Of a DNA stretch of 64,000 nucleotides, positions 1-13,738 are shown one piece after another (the stretch's first letter is position 1; the number at the start of each line of letters is the position of its first letter). The position numbers and the translations under genes were made by a program. The notes below the pieces were generated by a model, which saw only the letters and a program-made list of their open reading frames with translations, was not told where the DNA came from and searched no databases. Source of the DNA: Octopus vulgaris (taxonomy: Eukaryota); the NCBI GenBank assembly GCA_951406725.2, contig OX597814.1, positions 105,710,001 through 105,774,000 on the forward strand, written 5' to 3'.

Positions 1-562
1 CAGAAAAAAACTTTGCTGTCAGTCTCTCGGGTTCCATTAATTAAAGTACCACTCAGAACTAAACTCGATAAAATCGATTAACCTCGTCGTTTTTTGAAAA
101 TTATTGCACTTAGACCTAAACAAGAAACTACGATAAGCTAATGTGATATATATATATATATATATATAACAACTTATAAACAAGGGTAAAAGAAAACAAA
201 ATCCGATGCCAAAATAGACTTAATCATCAATAAGCATATAATTTATCACTATAAGCACGCGTCTCGAAAGCAAGCCGATAGAAATTTCTAAAAAATTTCA
301 TTATTATCGGATCGGTCCCAGTTTCTGAGTTAATTCATTTAGAATTTTCTCGTATTCATCAGCGATATAAATACGATAAGAAAATAAATGAGATACTTAC
401 TCGTAACCATGGAAGAAGTAAATACTAAGTCATGAGCACACTTAAGTAACCCAAATATATCCAAAATAGAAATTCCACAGCATACCTCGAGATCCGCGTG
501 ATCGGACTGAAAATTCTCATAGAGTGAGAGAGTCCGAAAGTGAATTAAATTTACATCTAATA

Positions 563-604
563 TAGGATAAAATTTTCGAAAAAATTTTATCAAAGGCCAG
601 CATA

Positions 605-644
<40 letters not shown>

Positions 645-1030
645 CATATATTCAGAGAGAGATATTTATAATAGTATAAAGTGCAATTATAATTAAGGGC
701 AGAGAGGCTTCTGTGCCTCTATGCTGAAGATAGACGCCAAATGCATCTAACTGCAAATCATCACTTTATAATTTACACATGCTGAAAGCGAGGAAGTCGA
801 CTGACAGAAATTCATAAAATAATTCGCTTTCAACATGTGTAAATTAAAAAGTGATGATTTGGAGCGGTTAGACGGGTTTAGCGTCTCTCTTCAGCATAGA
901 GGCACAGAAGCTTCTCTGCCCTTAATTATAATTGTGTTTTACACTATTATAAATCTCTATATATGAATATACCTAAACAGGTCTATTTTAGATACTGGCC
1001 ATTGGTAAAATTTTTAATTATTTTATCCTT
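563..1030. mobile_element. Long imperfect fold-back element between (TA)n tracts, possibly a non-autonomous Penelope-like derivative
   Basis: Arm ~660-791 is the reverse complement of ~824-958 (aattataattaagggcagagaggcttctgtgcctctatgctgaaga / tcttcagcatagaggcacagaagcttctctgcccttaattataatt). Outer arms 563-603 and ~992-1030 also match (taggataaaa...ggccagcat / atactggcc...ttttatcct). The inverted repeat is directly visible; PLE origin is inferred. Confidence 0.75.
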
Positions 1031-1040
1031 TAATTATATT

Positions 1041-1090
<50 letters not shown>

Positions 1091-1100
1091 ACATATGGTA

Positions 1101-1505
1101 TAATTATAAACAGGGCAAATTATAGCCATTTCTTCCCAGGCTGAATAAAAATGACGAACCACGTTAATCGATTTTCGAACATTATGGGCTTCTCATCAGA
1201 GGCACCTACAGCGTTCTGATAGTCTCCAGGGAAACAATCAGCCAAACTGTTTATATACTCAACAAATGCAGCAGTTACTCTATGAAGGGGTCCTTAATTT
1301 GCATACCGAAAGTGTTTAACATTCTATAAATACCAGCGGTCTGTCAACGGGGATCTTAGTTTACACAGTATCAAGGTATGGTGTAATAAATATGCAACAT
1401 AGGGGACAATTATAAACAAGGAAAATTTTAGCCATTTTTACGCTGACTGAAAAAATGATGAACAACCTTAATCGATTTTCGGACCTTATTGGGTTCTCAT
1501 GAGAG
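1101..1505 (-). mobile_element. Two diverged ~100-bp direct repeats, each carrying a minimal hammerhead-like motif (PLE pseudo-LTR or retrozyme-like)
   Basis: 1101-1203 aligns to 1408-1505 with a 304-bp offset. Minus strand reads cct-CTGATGA-gaagcccataatgttc-GAAA-atcgat-TA-acg and tct-CTCATGA-gaacccaataaggtcc-GAAA-atcgat-TA-agg. Confidence 0.6.
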
Positions 1506-1522
1506 AATACACACGCGCGCGT

Positions 1523-1564
<42 letters not shown>

Positions 1565-3839
1565 GCGCGCATCTTAGTTTGGCCCTCTCTGCTACATTCA
1601 CTGGTATGGCTTTCTCTGCCGTTGCTTGCGACCTTCCTTCTTATTACTTTAATCATTGCCTGCTCAAAGTTTTGCATTTTGTATGACCTATGTGCTGTAG
1701 CATGGGCGAAGCTACGATGGTTAAAACAAACCAAAGTATAAACGTAAGCCTGTCTACCTAGCTCTTCTCGCGCTTAGCTCATTTTCCCAGTCGTCAATAA
1801 ATATTTATATATTATCTTTCCCGGTTAATTCCTTTGTTAATTCCAAGTTAACTTTTTACCAATAATTCTTGGGCGGAAACGAAAAATATAAAGAGACTGA
1901 AAGACTTTGGAATAATAAAATGGCTCCATTGTCACTTCCGCCGTATTGTCTTCCCGGTAATGTAATTCAATGTCACGGCACAACATTTATAGAACTATTC
2001 TCAAATGAAACGCTTGAAGCCGAACCTCAGAATAAACAAAAACGCTGTCTTAATTAGCTCTGACGCCTCTTTGGTCGGCTGGTGGGAGACTGGAAGTGAT
2101 TTCTTCAGAGGAAAAGAAAAACATCAACACTCGCAGAGGAATACCAATACGTTTCGGATGCAATCCACAAGACCAGTTCTTTGGTTTGGGAATAACTTTT
2201 ACTTTTCCACCTGTTTTGAAATGGCATCACTGCCCTCTTTCACTAAGTCATCAAAAACTCATTACTCGAATTCTTGTTACCATTTCTTATTATCTTAACC
2301 GTACCATTTTTATTTACTTTTTTTTATTCAGGGTGGGAGGAAGGTTATGTTTATGATTCTTAGTGGCATGGAGGGAGGAGGGGAAGTACTCTTAAAGAAG
2401 AAACTTGGCCTAAATTCTTCCAACAACAAAGTAGTCTCGGTCAAAGGCGTCCAAAATATTCGGTCATGGTATCAAACCGAGCGACGCATTAGGTCTACCA
2501 TATAAGTAGGCTGTGGTGAGATTTGAACCCCCAAAATGCATAGGGCTGGAATGAATATCGCAGGGTATCTCGTGTGTGTGTATTTTTTTTTTATTGATGA
2601 CGAAAAAATTGAAAGGTAAAATCGACCTTGAACTCGAAGCACAGCGATGCAGACCAGATAGCGGGTGGTATTGACGCTGTACCGACGCATCCATATCGCC
2701 TCCTTATTTAAAAATAAGTAAATAATGAACCGTAGTAACATTTATTCGGCAAATAGTTTCAAACAATTTGATAATTTTAGTTTCGGAATTAATATAAAAC
2801 AATAAGATTCATTTCTTTAGAGGTTGGCTGCAACATTCCCCGTTACATATGAAGAATTTTCTGAAAGCCAGGATATGTCTGAAATAAAGAATGCAGACGC
2901 GTTTACACGTCTCGGAACACAGACTCTCTGGCTGTAAGTGGACCCGTCTTGTACCTTTGTCTCAGCGATCCGCTTTCTAATTGTAGGCCGCTGTATTTAT
3001 GGTTAAAACGTATAATGTCTCGTTGCTACACTAAAGCATTGATTATGTACACGCGCCACCGCACCAACGTGCATGCTGCGTTGAGTAGAATGATGTATAT
3101 AGAGTGTGTTGAGAGAGCAGACAGAGTGAGAGAGAGAGAGAGAAACAGAGCGTTTGGTAGATGGGCAAACGGATAGATAGAGAGGAAGAGAGAGACTGAG
3201 ATAGATAGATGGATAGATCGATAGATAGATAGATAGATAGATAGAGGGAGGTAAACTGAGATAGTTAGAGAGATAGAGAGAGGTTGTTAAACTCAGCGAT
3301 TGATTGATCAGCAGAAAGATAGACAGCTAGCAGACAGAGGGACAGATAGACGGCTAAGTAGGCGGAACAGATGGAGTGAGAGAGGGGGGCAGGGGGGGGC
3401 AGGGAGATTTGGGCCAATCATCTTGACGCCACGACAAACAATAAAGAAAGACAGAGAAAAAGAAAGAATGAAACATCGCTGATGCCTGAAACAGACGCCA
3501 TTATTACCTCCCCACGTCCCTCCCCACCTCTGCCCGTCCTCTTTCATGTTTTCAATGTGTGAAGGTCTGAGAGAACAGACGGCGAAGAAAATACAAAAAG
3601 AAACGCAAAACAAAAAAAAAGGAAACACAAAAGTAACCGTTAGCCCCCGACCCATCACCCCCCCCTCCACCACCACGTGTACTTCATAACATTTCTACAT
3701 CACATGTTTTTCTTGTTGTGATTGTAGCTTGTTGTCATTGGCACCGTATAATTTATTAGAACCCTCAATCTCGGTTTTATACACTTAAATTTGCCGTACC
3801 ACACTACTACAATTATATATTATTCTTGTCATTTAAAAT

Positions 3840-3881
<42 letters not shown>

Positions 3882-3969
3882 CACGCACAATACTTTGCCA
3901 TCATTGCAAAGTTTTTTGTCACCCGCCCCTACCGCTCGCTTATAAACCTCACCTATTGCTGAGGTGGGC

Positions 3970-4020
<51 letters not shown>

Positions 4021-4375
4021 TATATATTTATTTATTTATTCATTTATTTATTTTATTTAGTTTTCGCCTGTATATCATCTGTACATATATTATCTTGTGT
4101 TGGATATTTTTTTTGTATAGATTTAAGGGTGGGGCGAACAACAGCAGAAAACAAGCTCGACGTCTACATTCATGCAAAGTCAGAAATGTATAACATTCCG
4201 ATAAATTCTCGAAGCACATACTTAGGCAGACGCACATCACTTACACAAGATCGCCATAGACATAGACACACGCACGTGTGTGTGTCTGTGGGTGTCTGCG
4301 TATATCTATACTCATGCATCTATTTATATGCTTCTACGTATATACATATATACAAATTATATGCATCTATATGCG

Positions 4376-4413
<38 letters not shown>

Positions 4414-4789
4414 GCATATAGCAGGGGCAGCTGAAGAAGGGGAATGTTCCTTGTGTTGTATGTCTTGTACTCTGTTTTTTCGTTGTTTGAAAAAAAGTTC
4501 GTTTCCATGTTTTTGTTTTTATGTTTTCGCTTCTCATTCTGTTCAACGTTTTTTTGATGCCCTGTACCCATATATGCATGTATATATACATATAGATGTG
4601 GGTACGTACATATATGTATGTATATATGCATATGTTTTATTTATTATTTTGTTATTATATATATATTTATATATATATATGTAGTACTTAGCAGAAGTAA
4701 CAAAGTGACTCAAGGTTCGAGAGTTTCATGTGTTGGCAGTTTCACATTTTGTGTTCAACTTTTCCTGTTTTCATCAATATACCAACATA

Positions 4790-4853
<64 letters not shown>

Positions 4854-6388
4854 CATACATACATCTGTGTGTGTGTGTATGAAGAAAGAGTAAAATGTTG
4901 CGCAGGTAGATGACAAAGGAATGCATGGGAAAATCACGCACAAGACGTGGACATGTTCATCCATAATCAATTATCGGGCCCAAAACATCACAATTTCTCT
5001 CACGCACACACCTACAACATCCATGCACGTATATTTCACAATTTATTGTTAATTCCAAACCTGCTGTTTTTGCTGTTCTTGCCATTTGATTTTTTTTTTG
5101 TTTTTGTTTCTTGGGAGTGTTTCAGCGAAGTTTTTGTTGTTGATTGCAATTATCTGAAGACAAGTTTGAAGCTTCAAATACTTTATTTCTTGTATCCCGT
5201 CTTTCAAATGAAGAAAATTAGATTTTCCAATTCCTTATCCAAACATGTAGGATGGCTTTTAATCCGAAGTGTAAGGGGCGAACCAAGAATACATTTGGAT
5301 GGATGTGAACTAAAATGAAGCCGATGAACACACACACATTGCGTACTATTCTGTAATCTGAGAGATATCATTTAATATGCACAGGATTTGAATGCAATCT
5401 ACTATTAGTTTCATACCTCTGAAAATACAATAATCAGACAAGCTAGTACAATTTTTCAGATTATTTCGTTCATATTCTAGAAGCATTTCAATTTCTTTTT
5501 ATCATCATCAGGTGCTTCCTTAGATGTGAAGCTAATAGTAAACTAAACTCGAACTTGCAAACACTATTTCTAAACAGACATTATTGAGGATTCATTTTTC
5601 TTGTATTTTGTACTTAGCTACCGAAACGTTGTTCCTTTTGGTGTGGAAATCGAGATCTAATCTCGTCATGTAATAAGTACGCCCCCAGGAATAAAGTACA
5701 GAATGACGGATCAGAAATCAAACGCTGACAATATTAAAAGATTATTCTTCAAAGCCGAGCTTAATAGTCCAATAGTTGTTATATGTTTTGTTCAACTTTA
5801 TGATTGGCCCCGAAACTGTATAATGTAGATTATTAAGAAGGTTAGCAAATAAACAGGCTTCGGTGTTGGCGTTCAGTGTAATCACCTGATACGTTCATGT
5901 TATGAACTGGAAATTGCGAAGATGATATTGCAACATAGAATACAACTGAACAGGTGATTAGGTATGGAATATATATACCTATAATTTATTTAGTTAGCGT
6001 CTCTGCTTAAATATCTCTCGCAGATCTTCAAACTCCATCTTCTACATTCTTCAACCAATTATTTCTTCATTGAATAACTACATATACATCCCACTATCTT
6101 GTTATCACAGTTCTCTATACACTCACAAACACACGCTTATACCCATGTAAGCTTTTGAATGTGTGTACGTACGTACATATGTATGTATTCACACACACAC
6201 ATACACAAACACACATATGCACACACATAAATATGTATCTTAATACTTGCGTATATACATATATGTATCTATATATTTTTATGTGTGTGTATGTGTGAAT
6301 ATGTAATATGTACGAATATATGAATATATCCATGTATATAAATGCATATATATGTAGTTAGACGTAAATATATAAATATCCACGTGTA

Positions 6389-6430
<42 letters not shown>

Positions 6431-6569
6431 TAAGTATATGTGTGCGTATATCTATTCATGTGTATGTGTGTTTGTGTGCGTGTCTGTTACAAATCTCAAA
6501 AAATAGTGTAAAGTAAATTACTCAATATATTTTAATATACGGAGTAGATTTACACATATACATTCTACA

Positions 6570-7025
6570 TCTGTGTATAAACATATTTTTATAAGCGTAC
6601 GTGCGAATATATATACACACACACACAAACTCGTGTGTATATGTACATACATATATATATATACACTCACACATATATACACATACATACACACGCACAT
6701 ATATATACATGTTCATATATATACATACATATATATACACACATATGTGTGTGTGTATATACATATGTATATATGTGTGTGTGTGTATATATGTGTATAT
6801 ATACATGTATGTGTATATATATGTATATATGTGTGTGTATATATGTATGTGTATATATATGTATATATATGTGTGTATATTTATATATGTATGTGTATAT
6901 ATGTGTGTATGTATACGTATGTGTATATATATGTGTGTATATATGTGTGTGTATATATTTATGTGTATATATATGTATGTGTGTATATATATATACATAT
7001 ATACACACATATATGTATGTATATG
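6570..7025. repeat. Compound (TA)/(CA)/(TG) low-complexity tract
   Basis: Almost purely alternating purine-pyrimidine; explains the overlapping Y/I/V/C/H/T ORFs. Confidence 0.95.
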
Positions 7026-7602
7026 CCTATACACCCTCCACCCCACCCTGCATCCCCAATTTCATATCATTTTATTCCATTTTCTCGTTTATTCATGTTT
7101 CCATTTCTTCTCCCAGTTTCCGCCATCTTTCTGTCGGTAACTTCTCTTCCTCCATCCACCATCAATTCCAGCTTCTATTCAAATATTTCTATACTCGTTG
7201 AATGCATCTTGTCAAGTTTGAAATTTCTTTTTAATCACTTGTATATACCCCCTTTTCTTTTCCATGCAGTGCTGCTGTTACTTGTCTTCCTCCTCCACCT
7301 CTCCTTACTCTCCTCCTTTTTATCTTACTCTCCACGTATACTCTCTTTTTCTTTTTCTTTTTTTTTTTCATTTGTTTGTTAACATGTTTCTCTTTCTTTC
7401 CTTTTTTTCTTTAAAAAAAAATTTATATTAAGGCATCGTCTCTTGTCTTCAACAAATATTCATTATTGACCTACAACGAAATTCTCCGAGGAATCTCTTT
7501 AGAATAGTTTGTTTGAAAGGACGTTAATGAAGTTACCTGTTTTACACGTGCAACCTATCTCTCACTCTACCTCTCCGTCTCCCTCTGTGTGTATGTCTAT
7601 AT

Positions 7603-7648
<46 letters not shown>

Positions 7649-7918
7649 ACGCACATATATACTCCCACGTATTTATGCGCGTATGTAGATGATGGTGGGC
7701 GTCTGCCTGTTGCTAACATCATGGCGAGTGTTGTTCCTTTCTCACGTCTTCCACAAACATAAAATATAACTTTTAGCTTTATGTCGGATGTAAATGCATT
7801 CATACTTTGAAAGGTTTTCAAACCTGTTGGAATGTATATATGTCAGTGTGTACTTAATATTCAGGTGTGCACAAACGTACATGCATACACACATACATAT
7901 ATACATACACCCACAACT

Positions 7919-7961
<43 letters not shown>

Positions 7962-8213
7962 CTCATACATAATGCACACACATTTTATGCATGCATATAC
8001 GTGCGCAGACACACACATTTACAGATATATGTAACGCATGCAGGTGTGTTAGCGTTAGTGTAGTTTCAAATGTGATGTTAAAAGTGCTTAAAAGCCAAAA
8101 CAATGCAAATTTCAAACAAAGGAGCGACAGCGGAACGAAAGATGACACAACAGCACTTTGCTGTATATATTTCAAAATTTCGGAGGAGTAAAGATCCCTT
8201 TCCCAAGAGATAA

Positions 8214-8277
<64 letters not shown>

Positions 8278-8482
8278 TGCACTAAACATAAGTAATGGCT
8301 AAAGGGTTGTTCACCGACGGAAATATTCACCAATCTGTTCGGTTTATGCTCTTTTCTGTGAGGTTTTCTTGTTGCCGGCATCATCATCACCAGAACCATC
8401 ATCGACAACTCAGTCATCTTATATTTAGCATCATAGATAAGATGATGGTGATTGATAGAGCCGACGTTGGCATCATCGTCGT

Positions 8483-8572
8483 GATCATCATCATCATCTT
8501 CTTCTTCGTCTTCTTCTTCTTCTTCTTCTTCTTCTTCTTCTTCTTCTTCTTCTTCTTCTTCTTCTTCTTCTT

Positions 8573-8651
<79 letters not shown>

Positions 8652-8695
8652 TCATCATTATTATTGTTATTGTTGTTATTATTATTATTATTATC
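8483..8695. repeat. Compound trinucleotide microsatellite (ATC)n-(TTC)n-(TTA)n
   Basis: Directly visible; gives the poly-F/L/K/N/R/I ORFs. Confidence 0.97.
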
Positions 8696-8885
8696 TTTTT
8701 TTTCCAGCCAGTTTTCACCGTCTATATCCAACTAAAGATTGTAAATAGATAAACTGTCTACAGAAGTTGGACAAAAGTATTATAATTAAAAAATGATGAT
8801 GTTGACATCATCATCATCATCATCATCCACCTCCCCCTCTCTCTCTGTATATATACATATATATATATATGTATGTATGTATATA

Positions 8886-8935
<50 letters not shown>

Positions 8936-9974
8936 GAACAAGTTGTGATTCATCGAGGATTGGCTGAAATATGTATTCTTGAATTGGCCTAATTGAACTT
9001 GCTTAACCCCGAAATGGACTTCGGAAATTACTTGCAAGAAGGACGGAGGAGCGAAGCAGACATTCTTTCACTGAACGGCAGAAATTAGTCAATATCTTTA
9101 ATAAATATACAAATAAATGGATATATAAATATCTATATAAATATATTGGCAAATATAAATATATAAATGAGAGAAAATTGGCCATTAAAGATCGAATGAG
9201 TTTATAATTGCGAAAGAGAAGAGATGATTAATATGACGATAATTAATAAAGAATTAGAGGGGGAAATCTTTTCTTTTTCTTTTTGCAGGCATATAGAATA
9301 GCAATCGCCCATTAGAATGTGGGCGGGGGTTATCCATAAAAATTTGGCATGCATTCGTATATGTGTTTGTTACCTTTGTGTGTGTGTGTGTGTGTGCATA
9401 TATAACAATATGCACGCACAGAAAGTAACACATACGCACACACATATTTCAGTTGTTAATTATGGACGCATGGGAAAGTCTTGCGTGCGTCTGGTGATAT
9501 TGATGACTTCATGTAAACGTTTGGTTCTTCGATATCGAAAAGTATGGCTTCTTATTGCTTCCAGTGCCAATATTTCTATTTGCTCCGTTTGCTCTCTTCT
9601 CTCTGATTGCATCGCTCCACCAAAATAGTCACTTCCGGTTTAAACAAAAACCTTAAACGTTATCTACTCATTGAACTTTGATGAGTGTATTTTGGTGGCT
9701 GGAAGTGGTCGGTGGAATTGCAGCAAAACGAGTGTGCATGCACTGAGTAGTAGTAGTAGTAACAGCAGCAGTAATGATTCCGACTCAAGTTATTGTGAGA
9801 TAGAAGAATAGTGTCGGAAACATTACACGAAGAGCCATTTTATAGCGAAACTAAATGCTGTGACGATGAAATATCAAATACCACCGTCCTCACACTTCTA
9901 CCACCACGTCCACCATCACTATCACCACCACCGCCACTACTACTACTAATAATAATGATTATCATTATTATTCT

Positions 9975-10176
9975 CTTTTCTAATATAGGCTCAAGGTCTG
10001 AACTTTGTGGGGAGGGGCCCAGTCGATCACATCAACCCCAGTACTCAACTGGTACTTAATTAATCGATCCCGAAACGATGAAAGGCAAAGTCGACCTCAG
10101 AGGAATTTGAACTCAGAACTTAAAGACAGGCGAAATGCCGCTATGCAGTTCGCCCGGCGTGGTAACGTTTCTGCCA
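9975..10176 (-). mobile_element. tRNA-derived SINE family A, older-tail subfamily
   Basis: Matches other copies (gatgaaaggcaaagtcgacctc..gaatttgaactcagaac); B-box-like GAGTTCAAATTCC on the minus strand. Confidence 0.85.
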
Positions 10177-10179
10177 GGA

Positions 10180-10445
10180 AAAATTTGGAGCATGCGGACC
10201 CTAAAAGTCGTGCCTATAAAAATTGGTGCTTTGGGAACAGTAAGCCAAGATGTAGACGAATGGCTGAAGCAGATTGAGATAGAAGGACCGGTGGAGCTCC
10301 TATAGAAAGTTTGTCGCTTAGGGAGAGCAAGGATTATCAAGAAGGTTCTAAGCACTTGAAAGACTGATTGTGGATCCCTAAGATTACATGTAGTAACCCA
10401 CATCCACATAAATACTTCCAGGAATAACACTGAACCTGAGCTGTT
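10180..10445 (+). pseudogene. 3' end fragment of an R4/Dong-type RLE non-LTR retrotransposon ending in (TAA)n
   Basis: Translates to KIWSMRTLKVVPIKIGALGTVSQDVDEWLKQIEIEGPVELL*KVCRLGRARIIKKVLST*, the typical RLE C-terminus (V.P.V.GALG...LQK..LLGTARI.R.VL), then a 3' UTR and (TAA)n. Confidence 0.8.
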
Positions 10446-10617
10446 AATAATAATAATAATAGTAATAATAATAATAATGATAATGATAATAAATTTGGTA
10501 CAAAGCCAGCAATTTTGAGATGAAGGGGCAACGTAAAAAATAAGAAATGATCTCAGGGCGTCAAGTCAAAATCTCTCCTTCTCTCTGTCACCCCGTCTCT
10601 CTCTCTCTATCTATCTA

Positions 10618-10654
<37 letters not shown>

Positions 10655-11109
10655 GTGTGTGTGTGATTGCACGTGTAAAATATCTGGCCAAAAAGTGATA
10701 GCAAAGAGGAACAGAAAAATGGAATATTGAATGCAAAAAAGCTAGTAAATGTTATATTTATCGAAAAGTGAGGACTTCATTAATGGAGTTCGTCGTTTGC
10801 TGTTTCCGGTTTATCGTACGAAGACTGAAAATGCGAAAAGTTGAGAGGCGAATATCTTAAGGTGATGGGAGCGGACGACGAAAGAAACCTGGATATTCTC
10901 TACATAAAAAAACAGGCTATACAATCCCCTTTTCTTCCTAAATTCAATAGGCCCAAGACCATATTTATCAATGTGTCCTGTTCTAAATCTGGTAAGCCGC
11001 AATAGGAGAGTAATTTAGCAGCTCCTTCTAGCAGGTCAAGTGACGGTGTAGAAGTTCCTTATATCGCTCGTGTAAAATTGTGTGAAAATACGTCGTAGCT
11101 TTTAATTTT

Positions 11110-11515
11110 TCTTTTATCTTTTACTTATTTCATCCACTAGACTACGGCCATGCTGGGGCATCACCTTGAAGAATTTTTAGTCCAATGACACGGCACCACT
11201 TCTATGTTTTTAAGCCAGGTAGTTATTCCATCGGTCATTTTTGCTGAATCGTTAAGTTACGGGACGTAAATATACCAATGCAGGTTGTCAAACAGTGGTG
11301 AGGAATAAACTCCAGACACACACATTTACACACATACACACATACTCACACACATACGGTGGGCTTCTTTCAGTTTCCGTCTACCAAATCCACTCACAAC
11401 GCTTTGGTCAGTCCGAGGCTATGGTAGAAGACACTTCCGGAAGGTGCCACGCAGCGGGACTAAACCCGGTACCATGTGTTTGGGAAGCAAACTTTTTAGC
11501 ACACAGCCACGCGCG
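11110..11515 (-). mobile_element. tRNA-derived SINE family B (internal CA/TA tract)
   Basis: Minus-strand head gcgtggctgtgtg...ccgggtttagtcccgctgcgtggcacctt and tail ccagcatggccgtagtctagtgg; homologous to 38645-39052. Confidence 0.85.
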
Positions 11516-12006
11516 GTTGTTTAGCTGCTCTTTCTACCAGGTTAAGTGACCCTATAGAAATTCCTTCCAGCGCTCGTGTAAAATTGTTTGAAAATATGTT
11601 ACATGTTTGAGAAGTTAATAAAACAGTCAGACATCGCTATTTGACGAGATGCAAATGGTGTTAAATAAGCGTTGACTATTTCCATCTGTCTACGTCATGT
11701 TGCGAAAGAATCAATGCTTCCATTACAGCTGCACATTCTTACTTCTCCATCGGCAGCTGCATGGGAGAAATGATCGCTTGCACATGATGGATGGAGTTCT
11801 CTACAAATACCTCCATCTGACTAACAATGAAGCCAGCATCTTCGCTTCTCTGTATGTACGCGTGTGTGTATATATGTGTATGTATATATGTATGTGTGTA
11901 TATACATATATATCATCTTTTGTTTCCTTTTCTGCGCGGCCAATAACACAGTACTTGTTCCACGTCCTCACGTTACTTTTTCTTGCTTGTTCTTGTTTGG
12001 ATTACC

Positions 12007-12064
<58 letters not shown>

Positions 12065-12171
12065 TATTGAATCATAAGATATATATGTATGCTATTGAGG
12101 TTCTCATTTTGTTAAATGAATAAATAATCCAACAGTCTAATATCCGAAAGTTGATGAACAAACTAAATTTG

Positions 12172-12871
12172 TTTCTCCATTTTCTTATTTGTATTATAAA
12201 TTAATGGTAAAAATATTTCTTTACCTTCACCCGTTTAATACAATAAATGAGTTAATTGCATTGCAATTAAAAACATTTATGTATTAAGAATATGGGTACT
12301 TTACCAACAGTATATTGGATAAATACTATCCCATAGTGGGTTACACCCATAACCCCTGTCTTACTTTGTATTATATATATATATACAAATTGAGATAGGG
12401 GTTGTAAATGCAACCCTCCATGGGATAACATATATCCAATATACTGCTAGTGAAGTACCCAACAAAGTTAATACATAAATGTTAAGAATTGCGATGCAAT
12501 TAATTCATCTACTGTATTATATGGGCAAAGGTAACATATTTTACCACAAATTCATAATGCAAAATAAGAAACTGGAGAAATACATCCCAATCAAATATCA
12601 ACTACCAGATAATACCCAATCACATACTTTATTAAACCACCACATAAGAAACTTTAAGGTCAAACATAATAATATAGAACAAAACAGTGTACATAAAGGA
12701 GTAATATGATACAATAAGTACAATATGTATAAGAGAATATAAATATAAATAAATATAAATATAAACTACATCTTAGAGGTGTTTCGGCCATGGGTGGTTT
12801 AATAAAGTATGTGATTGGGTATTATCTGTTAGTTGATATTTGATTGGGATGTATTTCTCCATTTTCTTATA
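12172..12871. mobile_element. Double fold-back element (three alternating-orientation segments of one AT-rich repeat)
   Basis: ~12172-12370 is the reverse complement of ~12383-12580 around a (TA)n centre; 12562-12641 is the reverse complement of 12793-12870 (near-perfect). Confidence 0.8.
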
Positions 12872-13288
12872 TTGTATATATATATATATATCTTGTTTCA
12901 GTCATTAGACTGGGGCCATTCTGGGGCAACGACTTGAAGAATGATATAATCGAATGAATGAACCCCCATATTTATATTTTTTATTCAGCCTTCTACTTAT
13001 TCTATCGATATTTATTTGCCGAACCGCTATGCATGTATGTATGTACGTATGTCAATGCAAATACGTTTCAAGAAAGAATTCTTATTCCTGCAGAATTAGC
13101 AGAACCGTTAGAACTTCGGGCCATTAATGCTTCTCAATATTTGTTTTGTCTGTTTCTTTTTCCTTTCTTTTCTTTTCTTTTTTTGTTTTGTTATTAACAT
13201 TGTGGTTTCAAATCTCACCCGGGTCAACTTAACCTTTCATTCTTCCCGGGGCGACAAAGTCGTAGTGAAGTTTGGTGTTCCGTGGGGT

Positions 13289-13450
<162 letters not shown>

Positions 13451-13676
13451 TTTTTCTTTATCTGACATGTGTTAAACATCGACTTTTATAAAGCCATGTA
13501 ATTATATATGCGTGTGTATGTATATATGTGTATATATATATATATATATGTGTGTGTGTATATGTGTATATATGTGCGTGTGTATATATGTGTGTATGTT
13601 TGAGTGTTTGTGCGCGCGCTCACACATATACACATGCACACGCATATATATATATATATATATATGCACACACATG

Positions 13677-13738
<62 letters not shown>

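Noticed and set aside
6518-7382. Long overlapping ORFs (up to 269 aa), likewise at 29630-30340, 33256-34033 and 51357-52002
   Set aside because: They are translations of TA/CA/TG microsatellites that lack stop codons; no coding signal.
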